A stretch of DNA of 64,000 nucleotides from an uncultured Chloroflexia bacterium. GTDB taxonomy: Bacteria > Chloroflexota > Limnocylindria > Limnocylindrales > CSP1-4. Of this stretch, positions 17,879-28,283 are shown piece after piece (position 1 is the first letter of the stretch; every line of letters begins with the position of its first letter). The position numbers and the translations under genes are program-made. The notes beneath the pieces are model-generated. The model had not been told where the DNA came from, ran no database searches, and saw nothing but the letters and a program-made list of their open reading frames with translations. Location of the stretch: assembly GCA_963720755.1 (NCBI GenBank), contig CAVRGP010000013.1, positions 229,512-293,511 on the forward strand. Direction: 5' to 3'.

Positions 17879-18367
17879 ATGGACGATTCCCTGCTGCGGA
17901 TCAACGAAGTGGCCGCCGAGACCGGCCTGACGACCCGGACGATCCGTTACTACGAAGAGCTCGGCCTGCTCGAGCCTGCCGCCCGGTCGGACGGCGACTA
18001 CCGGCTCTATGACGCGTCGGACCTGGCCCGTCTTCAGTTCATCCGTGGCCTACGCGATGACGCCGGGTTCTCGCTCGCCCAGATCGGTCAACTGCTCGAA
18101 GACGAGGCCGCCCGCGAGCGGAATCGGGCGCGCCTGCGGGAAACGACCGACCCGGCCGAACGGCGAACCTACCTGACCGATGCCAGGCAGCGCGTCGAAC
18201 GACAGATCTCACTGCTCGACGCCAAGGCGGAGCGATTGGCGACGATGATCGACGAGGCGCAGGCGCGCCTCACCCGCATCGAAGGACTCCTCGCCGAACT
18301 CGATGGGGGCCCGCCCGCTCGGCGGGCACGATCCGGCCGTGCGAGGCCGGCCAAGGCGCAGCCATGA
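17879..18367 (+). CDS. MerR family transcriptional regulator
   Basis: N-terminal HTH LRINEVAAETGLTTRTIRYYEELGLL followed by a coiled-coil C-terminus. Confidence 0.9.
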   Translation: MDDSLLRINEVAAETGLTTRTIRYYEELGLLEPAARSDGDYRLYDASDLARLQFIRGLRDDAGFSLAQIGQLLEDEAARERNRARLRETTDPAERRTYLTDARQRVERQISLLDAKAERLATMIDEAQARLTRIEGLLAELDGGPPARRARSGRARPAKAQP

Positions 18368-19698
18368 CCGGGCCGCACTCGATCGATCCTCGGCGGCTCG
18401 CGCGGGGGGAGGGGATGGCCGCCTTCCGGCATCGCAACTACCAGCTGTTCTTCGGCGGTCAGGCCATCTCGCTGGTCGGGTCGTGGATGATGCAGGTCGC
18501 CCAGGCCTGGCTCGTTCTCGAGCTCACCGGCGACCCGCTGTGGCTCGGGATCGTGGCCGCGGCCCAGTTCATCCCGGTTCTGATCTTCGGGCTGTTCGCG
18601 GGCGTCTACGCCGACTCGCTGCCGAAGCGACAGACCTTGATCGTCACCCAGATCGTGAAGATGAGCCTGTCGATCATCCTGGCCACGCTGGCCATCACCG
18701 GCCTGGCGACCGTTCCGCTCCTGATCGTCGTCGCGCTCGCCATCGGCATGGCGAATGCCGTCGACATGCCGGTCCGCCAGTCATTCGTGGTCGAGATGGT
18801 CGGGCGCGATGACATCGGCAACGCGGTCGCGCTCAATTCGGCGATGTTCAACGGCGCTCGGATCGTGGGTCCGGCCGTCGCCGGATTGACGATCGGTGCG
18901 GTCGGGGTGGCGATGGCGTTCGTCGTGGACGCGTTCAGCTTCCTCGCCGTCATCGGCGCCTTGATCGCGATGCGCGAGGGCGACCTCCAGTCACCGGCCC
19001 GGATCGCCCGGCCGGACTCGTTCCATGGCGTCATGTCCCAGTTGCGGGAGGGCCTGTCCTACGTGCGGGCGACCCCGGTCGTCCTGATGGCGATGCTCGT
19101 CCTCGGCCTCGTCGCGACGGTCGGCATGAACTTCGGCGTGATCATCCCGGCGTATGCCCAGGACATCCTCGACAGCGGGGCGTCGGGCTACGGGTTCCTG
19201 ATGGCTGCATCCGGGGTCGGGTCGCTGATCGCGGCCCTGTGGCTCGCCTTCGGCCACAGCGGGCGGCTCCGGCACATCGCCCACGGAGCGATCCTGCTGG
19301 GGATCGGAGAGGTCGGCCTCGGCATCTCGACCGCGTTCCCGGCCTCGATGCTGCTCATGGTCGCGGTCGGGTTCGGCGGCATCCTGATGGCTGCGACGGC
19401 CAATACCACGATCCAGATGGCCGTCCCCGATGGCCTTCGAGGTCGGGTGATGAGCGTCTACACGACGATCTTTGCCGGTTCCACGCCGATCGGCGGCCCG
19501 CTGATGGGTGGTCTCGCCTCGGTCTTCTCGGTGGCGATCTCGCTGGCGATCGGCGGGCTGCTGGCAGCCGGGGTCGGGATCGGCGCCCTGGTCTGGATCC
19601 GGCGGCTCGGCCTCGATCTGCCGCTGACCAAGGGCGGTCCCGCCGGCACCCTCGCGAGCGCTCCCCGCACGTTGGGCAAGGAAGTCCGCCCGACCTGA
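18364..19698 (+). CDS. MFS transporter (EntS/MFS_3-like)
   Basis: 12-TM profile. FRHRNYQLFFGGQAISLVGSWM motif. ATGA overlap with merR (alternative ATG at 18415). Confidence 0.85.
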   Translation: MTGPHSIDPRRLARGEGMAAFRHRNYQLFFGGQAISLVGSWMMQVAQAWLVLELTGDPLWLGIVAAAQFIPVLIFGLFAGVYADSLPKRQTLIVTQIVKMSLSIILATLAITGLATVPLLIVVALAIGMANAVDMPVRQSFVVEMVGRDDIGNAVALNSAMFNGARIVGPAVAGLTIGAVGVAMAFVVDAFSFLAVIGALIAMREGDLQSPARIARPDSFHGVMSQLREGLSYVRATPVVLMAMLVLGLVATVGMNFGVIIPAYAQDILDSGASGYGFLMAASGVGSLIAALWLAFGHSGRLRHIAHGAILLGIGEVGLGISTAFPASMLLMVAVGFGGILMAATANTTIQMAVPDGLRGRVMSVYTTIFAGSTPIGGPLMGGLASVFSVAISLAIGGLLAAGVGIGALVWIRRLGLDLPLTKGGPAGTLASAPRTLGKEVRPT

Positions 19699-19762
19699 CC
19701 TGGCCGACGGTCCAGCCTCATTCTGCCGTTGTCCGGCTCGCACGCCCGGCTACCATGGCGCC

Positions 19763-20686
19763 GTGATCGTCGTCGCCGGCGAGGCCCTCATGGATCTCCT
19801 CGTCCGACCGGATGGGCAACTCAGCGCTTCGCCGGGTGGCGGCCCGTTCACGACTGCGCGGACGATCGGGCGGCTCGGCGGGCGGGTCGCATTCCTCGGC
19901 TGCCTCGCCACCGACCGGTTCGGCGACGGCCTGCGGGACCTCCTCGTCGCCGACGGCGTCGACGTCTCACTGGTCACCGCGACGGATCTGCCGACCACAC
20001 TGGCCATCGCCGAGCTCGACGATCACGGCGCTGCGACCTACCGGTTCCATACTGCCGAGACCGCGGCGCCGGCCCTCGACGACGGGGCGGTCGCCGCGGC
20101 GCTGGCGACCCATCCCGAGGCGTTCCATGTCGGGACGCTCGGGCTCGTCCTGGAGCCGATGGCGTCCGCCCTCGCGGCGGGTATCGATCGGCTTCCCGAG
20201 GCCACTTTGCTGATGGTCGACCCCAACTGCCGTCCGCGGATCATCGGGGACCGCACCGCCTATCTCGAGCGGCTCGACCGGATCCTGGCCCGAACGGACG
20301 TCGTCAAGGTCAGCGCGGACGACCTCGCCTACCTGGAACCTGGTGTCGAGCCTCGGGTCGCGGTGCGCGCGCTGATCGGGCGTGGTCCGTCGGTGGTGCT
20401 GCTGACCGATGGCGGCCGTCCTGTGTTCGTCCAGACCTGGGCCGAGCCGTTCGAGGTCACGGTCCCGCTCGAGGACATCGTCGACACCGTCGGCGCGGGC
20501 GACGCCTTCGGTGGCGCCTTCCTCGCGCGCTGGGTCGAACGGGGTCTCGGCCGCGAGGAGCTTGTCGATCCGGCAGCCGTTCGGGAAGCCGTGAAGATGG
20601 CGATCGAGGTCGCGAACCTGACCTGCCGGCGCGCCGGTGCGGATCCACCCTGGCGCAGTGAAACTCGCTGGCGCCGCGTGACTTGA
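19763..20686 (+). CDS. PfkB family carbohydrate kinase (fructokinase/ribokinase-like)
   Basis: GEALMDL, GGGPFTTARTIGRLG and C-terminal DTVGAGDAFGGAFLA signatures. GTG start. Confidence 0.85.
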   Translation: MIVVAGEALMDLLVRPDGQLSASPGGGPFTTARTIGRLGGRVAFLGCLATDRFGDGLRDLLVADGVDVSLVTATDLPTTLAIAELDDHGAATYRFHTAETAAPALDDGAVAAALATHPEAFHVGTLGLVLEPMASALAAGIDRLPEATLLMVDPNCRPRIIGDRTAYLERLDRILARTDVVKVSADDLAYLEPGVEPRVAVRALIGRGPSVVLLTDGGRPVFVQTWAEPFEVTVPLEDIVDTVGAGDAFGGAFLARWVERGLGREELVDPAAVREAVKMAIEVANLTCRRAGADPPWRSETRWRRVT

Positions 20687-20709
20687 CCCGACCGGGTAGC
20701 CTACCGGCC

Positions 20710-21675
20710 ATGCCGTCGATCATCCGCCGCCTCGTTCCGTTCGTCTTCGCCCTGCTCGTCCTGGCCGCCAGTGCTCCCGGGACGGCCGCGGCGACGACCC
20801 ACAGGTTCCCGAACCAGAGTCTCGGCAACCGCGGCGACGACGTGCGAGCCATCCAGGGATTGCTGCTCGCCCATTCGGTCGACGTGCCGCTCGATGGAGT
20901 CTTCGGGGCGTCCACCAGGGATGCCGTCAAGGCGTTCCAGGGCTCGGCCGGATTGCCGTCCAACGGGATCGTCGCTGATCCGACCTGGGCCGCCCTCCTC
21001 GTTCGCCTCCGACCCGGCGATACGGGCGATGGGGTCCTCGTCCTCCAGCGCGAATTGAACGCCAAGCGCAAGGTGCATCTGGTCGGCACCGGGACGTACG
21101 ACGCCGCCACCCTTGCCGCCGTCAAGGCGTTCCGGGCACATGTCGGGATGCGCATCAACGGCAAGGTCGGACCGGCCCTGTGGCAACGGCTGATCTCGCA
21201 TTTCGAGTTGCCCCGGTTCAAGGCCAACAACCTGTGCGACTACAGCGTCGGGAACGGTCCGGCGAACTGGGGAACGGCCGCCGCGATCGGCCAGCTGCAG
21301 GCGGCCGCGAAGGCGTTCGCCGCGCGCGGCCAGGGCCGGATCTCGGTCGGTGACGTCAGCCGGGAGCACGGCGGCGACATCCCGCTCCACGCCACCCACG
21401 AGGTCGGTCTCGACGTGGACATCCGACCGATCCGCGATGCCGGGGACCAGTGCACGTGGGGAACGAACTTCCACTGGTCGACCTACGACCGGGCGGCCAC
21501 GCGCCGGCTCGTCAAACTCATCCGTGCCGCGGCGCCCGGCCACGTCAAGCTGATCTACTTCAACGACCCGGTCCTGATCCGGGAGGGACTGACGACCTGG
21601 TATCCGGGCCACGACGACCACCTGCACGTTCGCTACTGCGAGCAGGGGTACGCGATCGCGCGCTACCGCTGCTGA
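20710..21675 (+). CDS. secreted peptidoglycan-binding protein with MepA-like (M74) metallo-endopeptidase domain
   Basis: Signal peptide MPSIIRRLVPFVFALLVLAASAPG. Two PG_binding_1-like repeats (GDDVRAIQ.., GDGVLVLQ..). Metal-ligand motifs HATHEVGLDVDI and HDDHLHVRY. Confidence 0.75.
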   Translation: MPSIIRRLVPFVFALLVLAASAPGTAAATTHRFPNQSLGNRGDDVRAIQGLLLAHSVDVPLDGVFGASTRDAVKAFQGSAGLPSNGIVADPTWAALLVRLRPGDTGDGVLVLQRELNAKRKVHLVGTGTYDAATLAAVKAFRAHVGMRINGKVGPALWQRLISHFELPRFKANNLCDYSVGNGPANWGTAAAIGQLQAAAKAFAARGQGRISVGDVSREHGGDIPLHATHEVGLDVDIRPIRDAGDQCTWGTNFHWSTYDRAATRRLVKLIRAAAPGHVKLIYFNDPVLIREGLTTWYPGHDDHLHVRYCEQGYAIARYRC

Positions 21676-21712
21676 TCGCACCGTAGCGGCGCCGGGTGGT
21701 CCCGGTGCCATA

Positions 21713-23245
21713 ATGGCGAGCATGGCCACTGATCCGAAGACGACCCTGGTCCCAGCCTCGGACAGGGCACCGTCCAGCTGGGGTCTTGGCGACGGTCAGG
21801 CGATCCCGTGGGACTACGCCCCGGCCCCGGAAGCCCGCGACATCGTCACCATCCGCGAACGGTACGGTCTGTTCATCGGCGGCCGCGAAGTCCCGGCCGA
21901 AGGCGGTGCGACCTTCACCACCATCGATCCGTCGACGGAAGAGACCCTCGCGGTCGTCGCTCGGGCGACACCGGCCGACGCCGACAAGGCGGTCCGGGCC
22001 GCGCGCCGGGCACAGACCCGCTCGTGGGGCACGCTCCCGGGGCGGGAACGGGCGAAGTACCTGTTCCGGATCGCCCGGATCCTTCAGGAACGCAGCCGCG
22101 AGTTCGCGGTCCTCGAATCGATGGACACGGGCAAGCCGATCAAGGAGAGCCGGGACGTCGACGTGCCGCTCGCCGCGGCCCACTTCTGGTACTACGCGGG
22201 ATGGGCGGACAAGCTCGAGTACGCGTTCCCGGGTCGGGTCGCCCGCCCTCTCGGCGTGGCCGCCCAGATCATCCCGTGGAACTTCCCGCTGCTCATGCTG
22301 TCGTGGAAGATCGCCCCGGCGTTGGCCGCCGGCAACACGGTCGTCCTCAAGCCGGCCTCGACGACGCCGCTGTCCGCTCTCCTGTTCGCCGATGTCTGCC
22401 GCCAGGCCGATCTGCCGCCGGGCGTCGTCAACATCCTGACCGGACCGGGTGAGACCGGGATGGCGCTGGTGACCCACAAGGGCGTGGACAAGGTCGCGTT
22501 CACCGGTTCGACCGAGATCGGCAAGCGGATCGCGGCCGGCGTGGCCGGGACGGACAAGGCCCTGACCCTCGAGCTCGGCGGCAAGGCCGCCAACATCGTG
22601 TTCGACGATGCGCCACTCGACCAGGCCGTCGAGGGGATCGTCAACGGGATCTACTTCAACCAGGGCGAGGTGTGCTGCGCGGGATCCCGCCTGCTCGTCC
22701 AGGAATCGATCGAGCGGCCACTCATCGACAAGTTGAAGGACCGGCTGTCGACGATCCGGGTCGGCGATCCGCTCGACAAGAACACGGACGTGGGCGCCAT
22801 CAACTCGAAGGCCCAGCTCGAGAAGATCACCGAGCTCGTCGCTTCCGGGGTCGCCGAGGGTGCCGAGCTGTACCAGCCGGCCTGCGAACTGCCCGACCGC
22901 GGCTACTTCTTCCGACCGACCCTGTTCACCAATGTCGCCCAGAGCCACCGGATCGCCCGTGAGGAGATCTTCGGACCCGTCCTGTCGGTCCTGACCTTCC
23001 GGACGCCCGACGAGGCGGTCGAAAAGGCCAACAACACGGTCTACGGCCTGTCCGCCGGGATCTGGACGGACAAGGGTTCGCGGATCCTGGAGATGGCCCA
23101 GCGCATGCGGGCCGGCGTGGTGTGGGCCAACACGTTCAACCGGTTCGACCCGACCTCGCCGTTCGGTGGCTACAAGGAATCCGGGTTCGGGCGAGAAGGC
23201 GGGATGCACGGCCTGCACGCCTACGTCCGGCTGGAGGATCGCTGA
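21713..23245 (+). CDS. NAD(P)-dependent aldehyde dehydrogenase
   Basis: 510 aa. IIPWNFP, FTGSTEIG, LELGGKAA, catalytic Cys context NQGEVCCAGSR, C-terminal FGGYKESGFGREGG. Confidence 0.9.
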   Translation: MASMATDPKTTLVPASDRAPSSWGLGDGQAIPWDYAPAPEARDIVTIRERYGLFIGGREVPAEGGATFTTIDPSTEETLAVVARATPADADKAVRAARRAQTRSWGTLPGRERAKYLFRIARILQERSREFAVLESMDTGKPIKESRDVDVPLAAAHFWYYAGWADKLEYAFPGRVARPLGVAAQIIPWNFPLLMLSWKIAPALAAGNTVVLKPASTTPLSALLFADVCRQADLPPGVVNILTGPGETGMALVTHKGVDKVAFTGSTEIGKRIAAGVAGTDKALTLELGGKAANIVFDDAPLDQAVEGIVNGIYFNQGEVCCAGSRLLVQESIERPLIDKLKDRLSTIRVGDPLDKNTDVGAINSKAQLEKITELVASGVAEGAELYQPACELPDRGYFFRPTLFTNVAQSHRIAREEIFGPVLSVLTFRTPDEAVEKANNTVYGLSAGIWTDKGSRILEMAQRMRAGVVWANTFNRFDPTSPFGGYKESGFGREGGMHGLHAYVRLEDR

Positions 23246-23285
23246 TGCGCGGTCGCACGCCAGATCAATGGGGCGGAGCCGGCCG

Positions 23286-24176
23286 ATGACCGTGGAGCGC
23301 ATCGACGTCCGCAAGACGTACAAGCTGTACATCGGCGGCGCCTTCCCGCGCACCGAATCTGGTCGGTCGTACCTCGTGTCGGCGGCCGACGGTACACCGA
23401 TCGCGAATGCCTGCCGGGCCTCGCGCAAGGACGTTCGAGACGCCGTTCGGTCCGCTCGCAAGGCGTTCGGCGGCTGGGCCGGCAAGACCGCGATGAACCG
23501 CGGACAGATCCTCTACCGGGTGGCGGAGTTGATGGAGGGCCGGCGGGATCAGTTCATCGCCGAAGTGGAGACGGCGGAGGGCCTCCGAGCGGCCGCGGCG
23601 CGCAACGTCGTGGACCACGCCATCGATCGATGGGTCTGGTACGCGGGCTGGGCGGACAAGATCAGCCAGGTCCTCGGCTCGTCCAATCCGGTCGCGGCGC
23701 CGTATTTCAACTTCACGATCCCCGAGCCGACCGGGGTCGTCGGGGTGGTCGCCCCGGAAACGTCCTCGCTGCTCGGGCTCGTCAGCCGGCTCGCCCCACC
23801 ACTCGTCGCCGGGAACACCGTCGTCCTCGTCGCCAGCGAGGGTCGTCCGCTGCCCGCCGTGACCCTGACCGAGGTCCTGGCCACGTCCGACGTGCCGGGC
23901 GGCGTCGTCAACGTCCTGACCGGCCGGAAGACGGAACTCGTCCCGGTCCTGGCCGCCCACGCCGACGTCGATGCGCTCGATACCTGGGGCGTGCCCGACG
24001 CGATGCGGCGCGACGTGGAGTTGCTGGCCGCCGAAGACATCAAGCGGCTGTCTCGCCGACCGACCAAGGTCGCCGAGGCGCGCTTCGACTGGCTCGATGA
24101 CGCGGCAACGGAGCGACCCGAGTGGATCGCCGCCTTCCTCGAGATGAAGACGGTCTGGCATCCGATCGGCGGCTGA
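23286..24176 (+). CDS. aldehyde dehydrogenase-like protein lacking the catalytic domain
   Basis: In-frame ATG at 23286 of ORF 23166..24176(+). ALDH N-terminal/NAD-binding half (YKLYIGGAF, LVAGNTVVL, GGVVNVLTG). It ends about 30 aa after the position of the ELGGK motif. No catalytic Cys/Glu region. Confidence 0.7.
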   Translation: MTVERIDVRKTYKLYIGGAFPRTESGRSYLVSAADGTPIANACRASRKDVRDAVRSARKAFGGWAGKTAMNRGQILYRVAELMEGRRDQFIAEVETAEGLRAAAARNVVDHAIDRWVWYAGWADKISQVLGSSNPVAAPYFNFTIPEPTGVVGVVAPETSSLLGLVSRLAPPLVAGNTVVLVASEGRPLPAVTLTEVLATSDVPGGVVNVLTGRKTELVPVLAAHADVDALDTWGVPDAMRRDVELLAAEDIKRLSRRPTKVAEARFDWLDDAATERPEWIAAFLEMKTVWHPIGG

Positions 24177-24179
24177 GGG

Positions 24180-24701
24180 ATGGCGGTCGGGACCGGCGAT
24201 GGCACGCCGGATCGTGACATGGGTCGGCCGGGGTCGGTCGAGCATGGCCGGGTCGAGCGCCGGGTCTTCGTGCTCGCCACGCCCCGGACCGTCTGGACGA
24301 CCATCCACGATCCGGCCCTGACGAGCCTGATCTTCCCGGAACTCCGGCTGGGCCCGGCGTCGCCGACCTGGCCGGCCGCGGCAACGACACGATCGGCGAG
24401 CGCGCGGCTGGGACTGCTGCGCGATCAGGCCCGGGTGGAGAGCCTCGAGGCGCGACCGGATTCGCGGTTCCGGATGCGGGTGACCGGGTCGGGCTTCGAC
24501 AGCGAGTGGAGCTGGCGGCTGGAGCCGGTCGCGGGCGGGACGAAGGTCATCCACGCGGCCACCTTCGAGCCCTTCGATCGCTGGACCGGGATCCTCGTCC
24601 GGCTGGGCCGGGCATCGCTGGCGAGCCGCGTCGAGGCGCACCTGCGGGTCCTCAAGGAACGCGCCGAGGCCAAGCAGCGGAGCACGAACCCCGGCGCCTG
24701 A
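24180..24701 (+). CDS. SRPBCC (START/polyketide cyclase-like) family protein
   Basis: 173-aa ORF with length and pattern typical of SRPBCC (RVFVLATPRTVWTTIHDP, WSWRLEPVAGGTKVIH). Start uncertain (24180 or about 24219). Confidence 0.55.
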   Translation: MAVGTGDGTPDRDMGRPGSVEHGRVERRVFVLATPRTVWTTIHDPALTSLIFPELRLGPASPTWPAAATTRSASARLGLLRDQARVESLEARPDSRFRMRVTGSGFDSEWSWRLEPVAGGTKVIHAATFEPFDRWTGILVRLGRASLASRVEAHLRVLKERAEAKQRSTNPGA

Positions 24702-24732
24702 TTCCGCTACTGTGCATGCGGAAGGGAGCGCC

Positions 24733-25635
24733 ATGTCGACCGTCATCCACGCCGAACGTCTGACCAAGATGTATGGCGAGCACCGTGGCATCACCGAGCT
24801 GGATCTTGAGGTCGCCGAGGGCGAGGTCTTCGGTTTTCTCGGGCCCAACGGGGCCGGCAAGACGACGACCATGCGGATCCTCCTCGATCTCCTCCGACCG
24901 ACATCCGGCCGGGCCGAGGTCTTCGGCATCGAGACGACCGCGGACCCGGTCGCGATCCACCGTCGGGTCGGCTACCTGCCCGGCGAGTTCGACCTGTACG
25001 ACCGACTGACCGGCGCCCAGACCATCACCTACTTCGGGAACCTGCGCGGCGGCGTCGACCGGGCCTACGTGGCCGACCTCGTCGAGCGGCTCGACCTCGA
25101 TCCCAGCCGTCGGTTCAAGGAGTACTCGAAGGGCAACAAGCAGAAGGTCGCCCTGATCGTCGCGCTCCAGCACCGACCCGACCTGCTCATCCTCGACGAG
25201 CCGACCGCCGGCCTGGATCCGCTCATCCAGCAGACGTTCTTCGGGCTGGTCCGGGAAGCGCGCGAGGCGGGCCGGACGATCTTCCTGTCCTCGCACATCA
25301 TCGATGAGGTCGACCGGACGTGCGACCGCGTTGCCATCATCCGGGAGGGGCGGCTCGTCCAGGTCGATCGCATCGAGGCGATCCGGAGGCTGGCCTTCCA
25401 TCATGTCGAGGTCCAGTTCCGATCGCCGGTCGCCCCGGCCGTGTTCGACGGCATCGATGGGGTCACCGAGGTCGTGGCGGATGGCGACTCGATCATGATG
25501 CGGGTCAGCGGCCCGATCGGCGCGGTCGTCGCCGCCGCCGCCCCGCACGGGATCGTGGACATCGTCAGCCGCGAGCCGAACCTCGAAGACGTGTTCCTCG
25601 CCCAGTACGGCGAGCATCCGGCCGGCAATGTGTGA
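24733..25635 (+). CDS. ABC transporter ATP-binding protein
   Basis: GAAGGGAG RBS then ATG at 24733. Walker [10 protein letters not shown], signature YSKGNKQK, Walker B LILDEP. Confidence 0.9.
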   Translation: MSTVIHAERLTKMYGEHRGITELDLEVAEGEVFGFLGPNGAGKTTTMRILLDLLRPTSGRAEVFGIETTADPVAIHRRVGYLPGEFDLYDRLTGAQTITYFGNLRGGVDRAYVADLVERLDLDPSRRFKEYSKGNKQKVALIVALQHRPDLLILDEPTAGLDPLIQQTFFGLVREAREAGRTIFLSSHIIDEVDRTCDRVAIIREGRLVQVDRIEAIRRLAFHHVEVQFRSPVAPAVFDGIDGVTEVVADGDSIMMRVSGPIGAVVAAAAPHGIVDIVSREPNLEDVFLAQYGEHPAGNV

Positions 25636-25665
25636 TCGACCGGTGATCGCGCGATCGGCCGCGCG

Positions 25666-27345
25666 GTGACGACGGCGTCGCGGACCCTGACCCCGCCCGG
25701 GCGATGGTCCCGGATCGCAGGTCTCGGGACGATCTACGGCAAGACGGTCCGGGATGGCCGTCGAGCGGCCCTGGTCGTCGGTGGCGTCGCCGCCCTGTTC
25801 ATGGTCGGGACCGGGGCGCCCTATGGGTTCGCCCCGGAATTCTCCACCGTCGAACTCCGGCGAGCCTTCATCGAAGGTCTGACATCGCTGCCGCCGGCCC
25901 TCCGCGGCCTGCTCGGCGAACCGATCAACCTCGAGACGATGGGCGGTTTCCTGTCCTGGCGGGTCGGGAACTTCCTGCCGGTCGTCCTCGGGCTGTGGCC
26001 GGTGCTCGCCCTGTCCGGGACGCTCGCCGGCGAAGCCGCAAAGGGGAGTCTCGACCTGCTCGCAGCGACACCGCAGGGCCGGCGGACGATCGCCCTAGAG
26101 AAGCTGGCCGGCCACGTCACCATGGTCATCCTGGCGATGCTCATCCTCGCCGCCACGATCTGGGCGGTCGGGGCGATCTTCGGATCGCTCCCGGGCGACG
26201 AGATCCCGATGACGGCGGCGCTCGGGCAGGTCGTCCTGTATGGCGTGATGATGCTGACGGTCGGAGGCGTCGCGTTCGCGACCGCTCCGTGGCTGGGTCG
26301 GACGCGCGCGGCGGCATTCGGGTTGATCGCCCTGTTCGGCAGCTACCTGGTTACCAGCTACGCCAGCCTGTCGCCGGCCATCGAGGCACTCAGCCCACTG
26401 TCGTTCTTCACCTGGACCGCGGGCCACCGACCGATGGCCGGCGTCACCGACTGGACCTCGGTCGCGATCCTGGCCGGGATCGATGTGGTCCTGTTCGCGA
26501 TCGGGACGCTCGCCTTCGCCCGGCGCGACCTCGGGAGCGTGGCGAACGTCGGCTGGCTGCGGCTGCCCTCCCTGCCGGCCGGGACCGGCGGCCCGTTCAC
26601 CCGGCAACTGAGCGACCGGACCGCGATGGCCCTGGCCTGGGGCCTGGGGATGGGCGTGTTCGGGATGCTCATCGCCGTCTCCGCGGACGCCTTCCGCGAG
26701 ATGATCGTGAAGCTGCCCCAGATCGCCGCGATCATCTCGGCCATCTACCCGGGACTCGACCTGACCCAGCCGTCGGCGATCCTGGAGTTGTCGTTCTTCA
26801 GTTTCGGCTCGTTCCTGCTCGGTCTGGCCGGCGCCTCGTTCCTGGCCGGCTGGGCGAGCGACGAAGATCGGCGACGACTCGAGGCCGTCCTCACCACGCC
26901 CGTCTCGCGGTCGCGCTGGGCGCTCCAGAGCGCGATCGGTGTCCTCGTTGCCGTGGCCATCGTGGCCGCCGTCGCGACCGTCCTGATCGGGATCGCCGTC
27001 GCGGCCCAGGGCGGCGACGTCGTCACGCCAAGCATCGGGATCGGCATCCTGGGCCTCGCTGCGGCCGGCTTCACCGGCGTCGGCCTGGCCGTCGGTGGCC
27101 TGGTCCGGTCATCGCTGGCCGCCGGCGTGACCGGGTTCCTGGTCATCGCCACCCTGCTGCTCGATACGCTCGGACCCGCGCTCCGATTGCCGGACCCCAT
27201 CATCCAGCTGTCGCTGTACTCGCACCTCGGCCAGCCCATCGCCGGCATCTACGACCCCGTCGGCCTCGCCGTGTCGGCGATCATGGTCGTCGGTGGCGTC
27301 GGGCTCTGCGCATTCGGCCTCAGCCGTCGAGACATCGGCCGGTAG
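25666..27345 (+). CDS. ABC-2 type transporter permease (duplicated 6-TM modules)
   Basis: 559-aa polytopic membrane ORF immediately downstream of the ATPase. The overlapping 709-aa ORF 25704..27833 is Arg/Pro-rich shadow. Confidence 0.7.
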   Translation: MTTASRTLTPPGRWSRIAGLGTIYGKTVRDGRRAALVVGGVAALFMVGTGAPYGFAPEFSTVELRRAFIEGLTSLPPALRGLLGEPINLETMGGFLSWRVGNFLPVVLGLWPVLALSGTLAGEAAKGSLDLLAATPQGRRTIALEKLAGHVTMVILAMLILAATIWAVGAIFGSLPGDEIPMTAALGQVVLYGVMMLTVGGVAFATAPWLGRTRAAAFGLIALFGSYLVTSYASLSPAIEALSPLSFFTWTAGHRPMAGVTDWTSVAILAGIDVVLFAIGTLAFARRDLGSVANVGWLRLPSLPAGTGGPFTRQLSDRTAMALAWGLGMGVFGMLIAVSADAFREMIVKLPQIAAIISAIYPGLDLTQPSAILELSFFSFGSFLLGLAGASFLAGWASDEDRRRLEAVLTTPVSRSRWALQSAIGVLVAVAIVAAVATVLIGIAVAAQGGDVVTPSIGIGILGLAAAGFTGVGLAVGGLVRSSLAAGVTGFLVIATLLLDTLGPALRLPDPIIQLSLYSHLGQPIAGIYDPVGLAVSAIMVVGGVGLCAFGLSRRDIGR

Positions 27346-27354
27346 CGGCCGTCG

Positions 27355-28260
27355 GTGCAACCCTGGGTCATCGGCCTGGTCGCCTTCTCGGCGATCCTGC
27401 ACCTCGCCTGGAACGTTCGACTCAAGACCGCCGGCGATCCGCTTCGGGCGGCGACGATCGGGATGGTCGCCGGCTCCGTGGTCATCGTCCCGATCGGCTT
27501 CGCCGTGTGGTGGATCCAGGGGCAGGCCCCGCTGCCCATCGAAGGGCTCATCCTCGGGCTGGCATCGGGGATCGTCGAGGGCGTCTACTTCATCCTGCTC
27601 GCGGCCGCCTATCGTCGTGGCGACCTGTCGGTCGTCTACCCCCTTGCGCGGGGCACGGCCCCTCTGCTCGCGGTCATCATCGGGGTCGGTCTGTTCGGGG
27701 AGCGGCTCGGGCTGGCAGGATCGATCGGGGTCATCGCCCTCCTGACCGGGTTCATGGTGTTGCAGCGACCGTGGCGGGCGATCGCCAGGGCTCGATCCGG
27801 GATCGGCGTGGCGGGCCGGTCAGCGGCGGATAGCGCCATCCTGTTCGCGCTTGCGACCGGGGTGATGATCGCGACCTACACCGCGATCGATCGGGCCGGG
27901 ACGCGCCAGATCGACCCCGTCCCGTATGCCGCCATCCTGACCGTCACCTGCGCCATCGTCCTGGTGGGCTGGGTGGCGTTCGTCGCCGGCGGCGATCTGC
28001 TGCGCTACGGCCCGGAGGCATCGCGCCGGGCCGCGATCGGCGGCTGGATGACCCTGGCCGCGTACCTGTGCATCCTGGTCGCGCTCAGCGTCGCTCCGTT
28101 GTCTGGCGTTGCGCCGCTGCGCGAGTCGGCGACGGTCTTCGCGGCCGCCTGGGGCGCCGTCCGGATGGGTGAGGCGACCGATCGTCGTGAAGCCGGCCGC
28201 CGGATCGGAGCCTCCGTTCTGATCGTCGGTGGCGCACTGCTTCTGGCCGCGGGGGGCTGA
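27355..28260 (+). CDS. EamA/DMT family transporter
   Basis: 301 aa, about 10 TM, two EamA-like halves. GTG start. Confidence 0.7.
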   Translation: MQPWVIGLVAFSAILHLAWNVRLKTAGDPLRAATIGMVAGSVVIVPIGFAVWWIQGQAPLPIEGLILGLASGIVEGVYFILLAAAYRRGDLSVVYPLARGTAPLLAVIIGVGLFGERLGLAGSIGVIALLTGFMVLQRPWRAIARARSGIGVAGRSAADSAILFALATGVMIATYTAIDRAGTRQIDPVPYAAILTVTCAIVLVGWVAFVAGGDLLRYGPEASRRAAIGGWMTLAAYLCILVALSVAPLSGVAPLRESATVFAAAWGAVRMGEATDRREAGRRIGASVLIVGGALLLAAGG

Positions 28261-28283
28261 GGCGGATCAGCCGGTCCCTCGCG

